The notes beneath the pieces are model-generated. The model was not told the DNA's origin and ran no database searches. It was given only the letters and a program-made list of their open reading frames with translations. DNA of 63,982 nt, counting the filler, from Raillietiella orientalis (Eukaryota): the NCBI GenBank assembly GCA_036172245.1. It is 5 parts of 5 records of this genome, joined end to end, with 100 filler letters (N's around TTAATTAATTAA, not from the genome) between each part and the next. Parts side by side here need not be neighbours in the genome. Positions count along the whole stretch, not along the records: positions 13,764 to 26,500 come from JAYWIR010000259.1; 4 more parts are not named here. One strand, written 5' to 3'. Position 1 is the stretch's first letter; each line of letters opens with the position of its first letter. A program made the position numbers and the translations under genes. Shown one piece after another: positions 14,190-24,610 of this stretch.

Positions 14190-15480
14190 AGCCGTCCCCA
14201 CAAATGCGGCCGCCATGCTGGTGGGTTCCCTTCGCTGCGAGCGAGGCTCCATCATGGAGCCGACTGCGGCGGTGGCACGGAGGCATCAGACCGTTGCCAT
14301 AACGGCGCCACCCATTGGTGCACCTCTGCACGTTTGCTCTCCCGGCTGGCAGTTGGTGGCGAAGGACTCGCAACCCTGTTTGCGTGTCACCACCGCCGAC
14401 TCCCATCCTGCGGCTTCCCTCTCCGGTGCGTCGCTGCTCTGTTGAAAGCGAACACGTGGATTTGCTCCGGCATGGCGGCAGAAGAAAGTGAGGACGTGGG
14501 CCCACCTCCCCCGGGCTCCGTCGGAATTCACCCACTGCCGAGAGTTTGAGAAGAACAGCGGAAGAACACTGGAGGTGGTGGGTAGTGAGCTGACCATGTT
14601 GGCCTACCCAAAAGCCACCCTCTTCGCCGCAGCGGTGTCCTCCACTATAGTGGTACATGGCATCTGCCTACCAAATCGCGGCCCGCAGAAAGCCCCTCGG
14701 TGGCTGGACACCGCGGGAGCTGGCTGACGCGACAACAGCAAGAACCGCCTCCAAAGGACTCGAACGTTGGAGCGAACTCTTCTCCATTCAGCCCGAAGAG
14801 TTGGAAGTGCCCCCCGTGTTTATAGACAGGAAGCTGCTCCCCTTCAATTGGCAGTAATCCTCGCTGCTGATACTGCACTGGAGTCTTCCGTGCAATGCGC
14901 ACCGGCACCACTGGACGAGGGGAAGCGCATCGCCCAACTATGCCAGATGTGGAAAGGAGATATTCCCCCACCTCATAGTGCAGTGCGTCGCCCTCCGGGA
15001 ACTGTGGGAACGTTTCTTTGCGTCCCTTCCTCACCCCCTGGACGATCCCAGGGACTCTTTGAGGTTCTTCTTCGTGCGGGACTCCATAACGCCCGCAGCG
15101 GCAATCGCAGCGCTGTGCTGCATGCGCGGTGTTGTCGTGGCGAAGTGCGCCGTGGGAGGTCACAGTGGCAGTGGGACTATCCTGCATGCATCCACTTGCT
15201 GGCATCCAGATTGGATTGAGATCACCCCACCTGGAAAAGGAGAAAGGGGAGCTCGCCTTCCCTCCAACTAATTTTTGTTTTTTTTTTTTGTTTGTTTTGT
15301 TGCTTCTTATAGTTTGTTTTCATTTTCTATTTTTGTTTCATCCATCTTCCCCTTCGTGGACGTGGTGGACCTCTCCGGCTCCTCCCTTTTTTTCTAGTGT
15401 AACAATTGCAATCTATGGGCCATCAGCTCCATCGATTCCTGTAAGAGAATAAACGCCCCGGCGCACCCGGGTGTGAAATC
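14190..15480 (+). mobile_element. Tx1/L1-like retrotransposon, decayed 3' part (post-RT ORF2 C-terminus, 3' UTR, terminal hairpin)
   Basis: Interrupted translation LPFNWQ*SSLLILHWSLPCNAHRHHW...FPHLIVQCVALRELWERF is homologous to the C-termini of the other copies. T-rich tract from ~15270; AATAAA at 15448 followed by the stem-loop. Confidence 0.85.
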
Positions 15481-17230
15481 ACGGTGCCCGTCGTCAGCCC
15501 GCCTTGTGTAAAGAAGTGCCGCAGCAAGCCCGAAGCGGAGATGCCGCTGAGCTGCAGATAACGGAGAGCCGAAGTGAGTCTCTGCTGCATGTCCCCCAGG
15601 TCGCTGCGGTCCAACAGGAGGTGAGGAAACGACCCCACCTCCCCGCACCTTCAACAGTTGGAGGAGGCAACTCTGCTGGCTGGCTGCAGCGGCAATCCTC
15701 AATGCAGGCACAGCAGGACATCCGCTTCCACCGCACAAAGGCACACAGGGAAGCGGTCCACACACAGAGAAGGGGCCGCGGGTTCTTCGGGAGACACACC
15801 GAGCAGGTCACCCCACCGAGGGAGCCCGGATACGAGCAGTGGCGGCGTTCAACCTACTCGCTCGCCTTGCAGCCGTCGAGGAGTTTCTCGATCCCCGCAA
15901 TGTCGCAGGCCGCCACCGTTTGCCCTGAGAACTCACGGCGCTGCGGCCGGGGGAGCGGCTGCTATCCGGGACCGCTGCGTCCAGTTCTGCAGGAGATGTC
16001 CCGGCGGCTTGCATAGGGGGTTCTGCAGCAGACGCAGTTCCTCTGGGCACACTTCCACAGTTGCAACCCAGGAATCCAGTGTCTCCTCCTGCCTCCAGGA
16101 GTTCCAGTTTTGAGGGCAACAGAAGAGCCACAGGTGATCTACTAGAAGTGAGGTAAGGTGCCTCGCTGGGTAGCCGAATTCATCCCCCTTACGTAGGTTG
16201 CGCGGCAGCAGCAAAAGAAGCCCTGCGCTTCCAGAGCATCGCCGGAGGATGTGGCGTGCCGGAGCACATTAGTGGCAGGTCCACGACTGCACCTGCAGTC
16301 CGATCATGTGGATTGTCAGGAGGAGCAAGCCGGCATCCCGGCATGGCTCTAGCGAGTCTTTCAGGTAGATCCGAGACCTTGCAGCGTCCCACAAGGCTTT
16401 TCACAGGAGGCACTGAGCCCGGATCTTCACCGAATGAGGAGGCGGGCAAAGGGAGGTGCAGGGACACTCTGCCGGCAAACTTCGCAGTGCCGGGCGCTCC
16501 CAGTCGTGCGCATCCAGGAGGCGACCCGTCCCGGGAAAACAGAAAAAATAAGGGGCGGAGTAGGGAGCAGCAGCAAAAGAGTTCTAGATGGAGGTCTGCT
16601 TCGGCAAGAAGTACTTGCCATCGAGGAACGGGTCGACAGACATCTCTGCCTTCTGAAGGCAGCTCGAATACTCTTCTGGAGAGTCGCCCAACGGAACGCC
16701 AAGGTACTTGAAGTACCTGCCCGTGGGGATCCCCAGGTGGATCCAGTTGGCCTGCTCCTCCCACGACGTACCCACCGGAACGACCGTGTACTTCTCCCTG
16801 TTGACGCCCGCAACCCGCGGATTAGCTCGAAGAAGTCCTCTAGCTCCGCTGCCCGGGTAGACGTGGGCAGCAGGAGAAGCAGGTCGTCCCCGTAGGTTGC
16901 CATGGACGGCGTGCGCGTGCAGGTTGGCGAGCGTCAGCCTGTACGCTGCCGGCACCAACTCCGAAGTAGATGCTAAAGGCTTAAACTGTCGCCCTGCCTG
17001 ACCCCTCTGCGTGCGGCAACGCCGTACAGAGAGGAACCGCTGAAATAAAATTCACCAACACGTTTCCCAGCAGGAGCGCAGGTTGACAAATAGGTGTGTC
17101 GTGAGTCCGAGGAGCTCCAGTAGATCCAGAAGAAGTTGCTGATTGACTCAGTCAGAAGCTTCACACAAATCGACTCTGACCGCCGAGGTTCTCGTTCGTC
17201 GTTCTGCCGCGAGACCCTCTTCCTTCGCCA
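15480..17230 (-). mobile_element. Tx1/L1-like retrotransposon ORF2 pseudogene (RT core to C-terminus), diverged subfamily
   Basis: Frameshifted RT motifs VDLCEASD, RRGVRQGDSLS, YGDDLLLLLP, RYFKYLGVPL, and C-terminal SFPHLLLD...LLRHFFTQGGL. Confidence 0.85.
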
Positions 17231-19779
17231 TGGACCTGTCCTTGGCGCGCGGGCAGGTCCGTGGCGCGTTCTGCCGGGACACGTTCCCGGTGACCAGGGC
17301 TCGTGGGACGCCTTGCGAGAACGCTCGTGACCCACCGCGACGAGACCGCTCCCGTTCCGTCCGGTGTTTTCCGGAGGGGGAGCGTACGTCGCTTGAGCAT
17401 CCGTCCGTCGATTTATCCAGGGGTGTTTCCGTCGGGTCGTTGGGGTGAAGAAGGGTGAACCAGTGTCGCATGCTTCGGAGAGTGGACGGCGGGGCGCAGC
17501 CAGTACCCCGCACCGCGTGCTCCAAGTGGTCGTTGCGGGTGGGGTGGGAAGAAGTGCGTTGACGGACGCGGTGGTGGACAGGGTCGCGTCCAAGGTCCTT
17601 CGGAAGTGCCGCTGCCGCGAAACGCCTGGGTCCTCCGGAAGACGGCGACCTGCAAAAAGGCGCTCTCTGGCTCGACCAGCACGCTCCGGACTTGTCGTTC
17701 TGGCCGGAGCGGTCGCCGGTGGCCACGCCCGGCACGTGAAGCGCTCGATGCACTGCTCGGGGGGGCTGTGCTGCTCGCTCGCCCGCTGGCGGTTGACGCG
17801 CTGAGAGGACATCGAGGCCGGGAGAAAATGGCGGCTCCGTGGGAGTCCTGGAAGAGTTGCCGCCGCGGTCTTCCGGGCGCAGATCTTTTCTTTCGTTTCT
17901 ATTCTGGTTCTTTACCTTCCGCGCTCGCGAAGCCGCTGATCTAAGCGGTGCCCGGGAAACGGGGTGATGTTTTGAAGAAGAATTTGGAAGGGAGAGGACG
18001 CGTTGCCATCGCAGCACAGCTGCTTTCCTTCAGTGTTCTCATCTTTGATTAGTTTGAGAAAGAGTGGGGATTCTCGTAATTGTGATGAGGTTGTACGTTG
18101 TTTTCCTTCGATATTGATCTGAATCTTGCCGTAGATTTTTGCGAACAGATGGAAGATAAAAACTGCCATTATGGGTACGAAATTTTGGTCGGAGTACGAA
18201 AATGTGCAATGACACTGCCGAAGGCATGTCAACAGTCTGAGATGGTTTTGCCGGAGACGTTGCATATTCCAGAAAGATCGATGCGGAAGAAGGTTCTCCT
18301 TGAAATTTCATGCAGATTCGAATCGGTGAAAGCTTTGCAGCCTTCTTTTTGCGGGTAAGAAAAGGTGTGGTCTTGTGCTTGCTTGGTCTTGCGATCCCAC
18401 ACTACTCTTTCATCTTTTCTGAAGCGTAGTACGCTCGGCTCTCCAGGAGGTCTCTTTATCTGGCTGTGCGTAATCAGCACAAGACGTCGAGGAACACTCT
18501 CTAGAAGCGAGGGGAATGTTGCGAAAACAAAGCCGCATCGTGAATGTTCTCGAGGGATCTTGAACTCGATCTTGAAGGAGGAAGCAGCTGCGAGTGCAAA
18601 AAGGCATGAGGATTTGAAGGTGACGTGTGCGAGCAGCCGTAATGGCGACAGGAAAGCAGAGTTCACCGAATGCGTCACACGCACGTAGAAGTCCTGCAAG
18701 GAATCCTTAAACACCATGTAGAAAAAGAGGTTCCTATAATTCTGTCACCGTTACGGCAGCTGCTTGATGATTTTAAAAGCAACCCTGCAACCTCATGTTT
18801 ATTCAAGAGTAACCATATTTGGAAGAATGCATGTGGACGCTGACCACTATTTGGTGCCATAAAATTATAAACTTACTTAAAAGCAAACGGAGGTGAGAAA
18901 CTTGTCTTCTCGTTTTCGTCCACATGTCAGATGAAGTGACGCACGATCCTTACAGCACAGTCATCCATGGACACTCGTGCAAAGCCACTTGTTTGAAGAA
19001 ACGTTGGACTCAGCAGGTGGTCAAAGAGGATCGGAAGAAGGCGCGCAAGACATATTGGAAACTTTGGAAAAATTCTGCAAAGCATTTCCCTCAGCCGGAG
19101 CAAGCAGCACGGGAATTCGATGCATGGGTCAGGGACTCAGCAACTCTGCAGTTCTGGGGTCGACAACCACCGGTGTTCCCACTCCGCAGAGCGAGAGCGT
19201 GCAGCAGTGCTGGGGTCGCATGCAGGAACCGCCTCGCATCGTGGATCCCTGCGCAGAACTCGAACAGATCCAGAAGAGCGGGCGATGAGGCACTCACACG
19301 GGTCTCTGCAGGATGGGCGGCAGCGGCGCGCCGGAGTCCGGGAAGATCTGGCCTTGGGGGCCTTCCGGCGAATCGGGCAGTTGGTACGTGACCGATCTGA
19401 GGGCGTGCTTGCGCACCACGGAGGAGACCACGAAGTAGGTGTCTCCGGCGTCCTTCCCACAATTCCTGCGCAGGATGCTGGCGGTGCGATTCACGTAGCC
19501 GAGAGCCAGGCACCTGGGGTTTTCCAGGGGCAGGTTGTCCATCCAGGTGGCGCACCCCTTGTTCTGGAACGTCAAGTGCTCCAAGAAGTCGCCGTTCTTT
19601 AGGATCGCGGTCCTCGCTGAGGAAAAACACAGCAGTCTCGCGGTCTTCCCGTCGTAGTCCTCCACCGGCCAGAGGCCTCCCCCCGTCCTCGTTCCCTCAC
19701 AGATGTGCTGGCTGGTGGTGCACATCGCGTTCTGCGTCACCTGCACGCATGTCGAGAACTCCTCATTCTCCGCGGGGAT

Positions 19780-20572
19780 GTGCGCCTTGTCGAAGGAGAC
19801 TCAGCGCAGGTAATATATCCACCAGCCGTCATCTCGGACGCGTTCCATGAACCGATCATTGGCGATGCTTGCGTGGAGCAGCAGAAAGAGCTCTAGAAGG
19901 CTCCTTGGAATCTTCTCGGGTAGGCGAGTGTCCTAGAGGTCTCTCGCTCGGTTCCGCACGGAAGAAGCTCGGACAACCGCCTCAAGCTTCTTCCTCACAA
20001 ACGGAGAGTACCTGAGGCTCCCAGACCATGAATTCATCCACGCGGCTCGGTTGGATCTTTTTCCGGCCAGGGCTGCGTCCAGGAGGACACAAGCGGATTG
20101 TACGTGTCGGCACTGCCAGGTACGGGACGAGGCGTTGTCTCATGTCCTAAATCACTGCAAGAGGCACCACTGCCATGTTCACTGCCTGACACGATGTGAT
20201 CCAGGAAACGATCAGGATTGCGCGGTGGGTGAAACGAAGTGGACTCTGGTGTCGACCAACCAGAGAGCCCCGGGAGTAGAGTCCCTCTTGCGACCAGATC
20301 TGATATTAAAGAAACGCAATAGCATAGTAATGCTGGACATCTGCTGTCCGTTCAAGGGTGGAAGAGGGGCGTTCAGCACAGCCAGGAGAAACAAAATGGG
20401 GAAATACAAGAAGAAGGCCCTCCAGCTAAACAAGAAAGGGAAGCGATGCTTTCATTGTCGGTTAACTAGGAGCCGGGAATCCAGAAAACGAAGAATGCTG
20501 CACGATCTTGGAGTCCCTAGGAAACACTCAAAGAGGATTTTTGAACCTGTTGCGTCGGGACGTTTCTTTTAA
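19780..20572 (+). mobile_element. NeSL/Utopia-like (RLE-type) non-LTR retrotransposon, decayed C-terminal part
   Basis: From 19982: SSFFLTNGEYLRLPDHEFIHAARLDLFP, CCHC finger CRHC...EALSHVLNHC, RPDL...MLDICCPF...RRNKMGKY (PD-(D/E)xK-type), then frameshifted AFIVG*LGAGNPENE...LGVP. Left boundary approximate. Confidence 0.8.
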
Positions 20573-20599
20573 AACAAGAACAAAATAAGCTACGAAGAG

Positions 20600-20770
20600 G
20601 AAGGGAAAAGTAGACAAGACTCAGAGACATCAAACACCAAAAAAAAAGAGGTTTACCCAGGACAACCACCGGCACGCAGTCCGGCTTCCAAAAAGTAGGA
20701 AACGGAGGGAGGGGATAATAAATAAATAAAAAAAGACGGGAGGGTGGGGGCAGGGGTCTTTGGTGTGTAA
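20600..20770 (-). mobile_element. 3' UTR remnant of Tx1-like element
   Basis: Reverse strand has C-run/T-rich tract and GCCGGACTGCGTGCCGGT hairpin (20668-20685); similar to 13960-14075. Confidence 0.6.
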
Positions 20771-20779
20771 CACTCTTTA

Positions 20780-23678
20780 TTTTCAGAAGCGACTGTGGAT
20801 GGCGGCGATCTCTCTGGCGACTTCTGGCAGATGAGGCCACCTTGCTGCTATCCTTATGAGGGATGCTGGCAGCCTCTCTTCTCCGCGATCTTCATTATAG
20901 CACAAGGAAGATTGTCACTATGATGAGGATGCAACAGATGGTTGCGATCACAGTGCCCTTCGAATTGAGTTCGAAATGCTGCCACTCCAGAAAGGTCCCG
21001 CGTCCTCCGCATGGCGTATACCATGAGACTGATGCGTCTCCCCGAGACTGTGGAGCACCTCTGTAGCTTCTTGCGAGGAGCAGCGGTGCAGAGACTCGAG
21101 GACTGGGACGCTGTCAAGCACTCGGTCCGAAAGTTCTGCGAAAGATTCCCAGTGGACTGCCTCTCTACCGGTTTTAACGGAGGTATGCGGAACGAGCGGG
21201 CGTTCTTGCAGACGCGGCCATGGCAAAGACGGCCAGACGTACGTCGACTGGAGGAGTTTCGAGCGGGGTCCGCGCTCCAGGCCTGGCAGTCCGGCTCGGC
21301 CACCTTGCTGGACGAAAACGGCCTGGAATGCTGTCAGCAAGTCAGGCTCATTGGGCGCAATTACTACTCCTCCCTTTACGCAAAGGCTTCATTGGAGAGA
21401 GACTTCTCGCAGCGCCTACTGCCAGGAGACGACCCATCTATAGGAGAGGAGACGCGGCAGTGGCTCGCGGAATCTTTCTCGATAGGAGAAATCACCAGCG
21501 CCATCGGAAAACTCCGGAAAAGAAAGGCGCCAGCGGAGGACCGCCTGTCCACAGAGTTTTACCAAGGCTTTGCGGCATAGCTCTCGCCCTTGGTGCAGAA
21601 GATGGAAGTGCTGACTCGGCGGGCGACGTTCCTGACTCGTTCCGGTCAGCTAAAGTAAGGCTTCTCCTAAAGGAGGAGACCTACGCAACATTGGCAACTG
21701 GCGGCCAATTACAGTAGTAAATACGGACGCCAAGCTGCTGACGAAGCTGTGGTCCGAGAGAATCGGACGAGTGGCCGAAATGCTCATAAGTCCAGAACAG
21801 ACGTACGCTGTTCCCGGCAGATCGATGGAAACCAACCTATTCCTCGAGCGGACCTGGCTCGCGCTGCTACAGCAGGGTGAGACAGCAAGCCGGGGAATTC
21901 CCGATTCCTCAAGAACCAGGGACCGGGAAGCCGTCTGTTGGGGGATGCGTCGGGAGCCCTTGCGATTGCGGTGGATCTGCGCAAAGCGTTTGACTGCGTC
22001 GACCAGGAGCTCCATCGGGAGCTTCTGGAACGCTTGGGATTCCCAACTGTCTTCCTGGCCTATCTGCGCTCCAGCTGGCGCTTCGCAATGCTGAACATTT
22101 TTTTCAGCGGCAGGCACGTGTACGACATTCCTGTACGACATTTCCGGCTTGAGGCAGGGCTAAGCCCGAGCCCCTTGCTCTTCAGCATCTACTTCGAGTT
22201 GGTGTCGAGGGCGTACAGCGATACTCTGGCTTCCCTGCCGAGCTCGTGCCCTGATATACCGGCTGTGTCGGCCTATGCAGATGACCTCTTGCTGCTGCTC
22301 CCCATCTTTACCCCTTAAGACGCACTGGAGGAATTCTTCGAGCTACTAAACAGAGGAACAGACATGAAGGTGAACAGAGAGAAGTGTGTCCGGTAGGCGC
22401 GACGTGGACTTGACAGTCGGTGTGTGTCCGTTTGGGAATCCCACGGTTCGGTACTTCAAGTACCTCGGCGTGCTGTTGGGGGACGCTTCCCCCACGGAAG
22501 CGTGGTCCGGCTGCCTCCAGAAGGCAGAGCCGGCGCTCGGCCCGTTTGATGAAGGCAACTTCTGGTTGCCGGCACGGGCCGTCATTTGGAACACCTTTGT
22601 GGCCTCTGTTCTTCCACCCATGCTTTTTGTTTGCCCTCTTCCCCGGTGTGGTGAAACGGACGGAGGATCTGCTTCGAAAAGCCCTCTGGGGCAATGGGAA
22701 GTCCCAGGTCCTATTAAAAGACTTGTCTCCTTGTTGCGACGGAGGACTTGGACTTCTGACGTTAGAGCTCATGGAATTTCAGTTGAACTTTCGAAGACTG
22801 GCCTTCGTGGCACAGAACTGGACCACTCAGTGATGCGCCCTTTCCAGGCTGGCGGTCAGTGGCGAAGGACTCGCAACCCTGTTTGCGTGTCATCACCGCC
22901 GGCTCCTATGTTGCGGCTTCCCTCTCCGGTGCGTCGCTGCTCTGTTGAAAGCGAACACGTGGATTTGCTCCGGCATGGCGGCAGAAGAAAGTGAGGACGT
23001 GGGCCCACCTCCCCCGGGCTCCGTCGGAATTCACCCACTGCCGAGAGTTTGAGAAGAACAGCGGAAGAACACTGGAGGTGGTGGGTGGTGGGCTGACCAT
23101 GTTGGCCTACCCAGAAGCCACCCCCTTCGCCGCAGAAGTGTCCTCCGCTGCCATGCACCTGCCTATCGGCGAAGTGGGAGGTTTCCTGAGAGATCTCGGC
23201 CCGCAGAAAGCCCCTCGGTGGCTGGACACCGCGGGAGCTGGCTGACGCGGCAACAGCAAGGACCGCCTCCAAAGGACTCGAACGTTGTGGCGAACTCTTC
23301 TCCATTCGGCCCGAAGAGTTGGAAATGCTCCTTGTGTTCATAGACAGGAAGCTGCTTCCCCTCAAGTGGCAGCAATCGGCGCTGCTGATACTGCACTGGG
23401 GTCTCCCGTGCAATGCGCGCCGGCACCACTGGACGAGGGGAAGCGCATCGCCCAACTATGCCAGATGTGGAAAGGAGATATTCCCCCACCTCATAGTACA
23501 GTCTGTTGCCCTCCGGGAACTGTGGGAACGTTTCTCTGCGTCCTTTCTTCACCCCCTGGACGATCCCAGGGACTCTTTGAGGTTCTTCTTCGTGCGGGAC
23601 TCCATAACGCCCGCAGCGGCAATTGCAGCGCTGTGCTGCATGCGCGGTGTCGTCGTGGCGAAGTGCGCCGAGGGAAGC
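20780..23678 (+). mobile_element. Tx1/L1-like ORF2 pseudogene (EN-RT linker, RT, thumb, C-terminus)
   Basis: DWDAVKHSVRKFC, NYYSSLY, KAPAEDRLSTEFY, NWRPITVVNTDAKLL, ISPEQTYAVPGRS, VDLRKAFDCVD, SAYADDLLL, FKYLGV, DGGLGL, HWGLPCNARR, with several stops and frameshifts. Confidence 0.92.
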
Positions 23679-24049
23679 CATGATGTCGCCATGCAACTCG
23701 GAAACACTGGTAAAATAACTAAAGTGCAGGCGCTCCTTATCGTCCCACTTGGAGCATGGTATCCTGAAAACGACAACGTTCTACAATCCATAGGAATTCC
23801 GAAGAAGAAGCTGATAAGGATACGGCAGCGGATGGCAGCCACCTGCATCCGCTTTTCAAGCAGCATTTATGCAACGCATGTAAGAAGAAAAATGTAAGAA
23901 TACAGCCCAACCAGATGATCTGGACAATGCTCTCACCCCGGAAGAGAGCACCGAGGAACCGTGAGACACATGGAGAAAAGATTATTCGTGAAAGATTCTC
24001 CAGAGTCATTCCAGCAATAGTTATTGTAATAACCCAAATGCTAAATAAA
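23679..24049 (+). mobile_element. 5'-truncated 3' end of a NeSL/Utopia-like RLE element
   Basis: VQALLIVPLGAWYPENDNVLQSIGIP...CIRFSSSIYATHV* (stop at 23897) resembles the RLE C-terminus. AT-richer UTR ends in AATAAA near 24044-24049. Confidence 0.72.
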
Positions 24050-24097
24050 GATCCCTCTAAGAGAAATAAACGCCCCAGCGCACCCGGGTGTGAAATC
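24050..24097 (+). mobile_element. Terminal segment of Tx1-like element (AATAAA + stem-loop)
   Basis: GATCCCTCTAAGAGAAATAAACGCCCCAGCGCACCCGGGTGTGAAATC is nearly identical to 15434-15480. Confidence 0.8.
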
Positions 24098-24410
24098 ACA
24101 GATCCCTTCTTCAGTCCGCTTTCTGTGAAGAACCGTCGCAGCAAGTACGTTGCAGTGTGGTACGTTGCAGTGTGGTACGGTTTACGGAGTGCCGAGGCCG
24201 AGGTCTCCGCCACAAATCCGTGAGGGCACTGCAGTCCAACAGTCCTGGAACAGTTCTGGGAGGCAACTCTCCCGGAAACCAGGTGTCTGCACTGATGGCA
24301 CTGGGATCCCCAGTTCAGAAACAGCAGAACATCGTGTTTCCAGAGTAACGGGAACAATAGAAGTATCCATGCAAAGGAAAGGTACCACGAGATCTTACGG
24401 GGGCGCACCA
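24097..24410 (-). mobile_element. Tx1-like ORF2 C-terminal fragment
   Basis: FPLLWKHDVLLFLNWGSQC...LLRRFFTESGL is homologous to LPLKWQQSALLILHWGLPC and to 15480-15640. Confidence 0.65.
24145..24179. repeat. 15-bp tandem duplication GTACGTTGCAGTGTG x2.3
   Basis: Read directly from the sequence. Confidence 0.9.
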
Positions 24411-24419
24411 AGCACGCCT

Positions 24420-24610
24420 TTTGTATAAACTTTTTTTTATTTTTAATTTTTTGTTTGCCTCCTCCCCCTCAGGTGCCGAGGCGAACCTCGCCGGCTTGCG
24501 TGCCGGTTACCTGGCAGGTTCCGAGTATTTTCGGACAATGTAGGGCCGATGGCCCTACACATGTATGTTTATTTTTTATAATAAACGTCTCGGCATGACC
24601 GGCTGATAAA
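24420..24610 (+). mobile_element. Solo 3' UTR of Tx1-like element (extreme 5' truncation)
   Basis: T-rich tract, GCCGGC-TTGCGT-GCCGGT (24490-24507), TGTAGGGCC-GAT-GGCCCTACA (24539-24559), AATAAACGTCTCGGCATGACCGGCTGATAAA (24580-24610). Confidence 0.75.

Noticed and set aside
15448..15480. Terminal hairpin as a tRNA T-arm or Helitron 3' end
   Set aside because: There is no TTCRA loop or cloverleaf and no CTRR terminus, and it is consistently attached to LINE-type ORF2/UTR.
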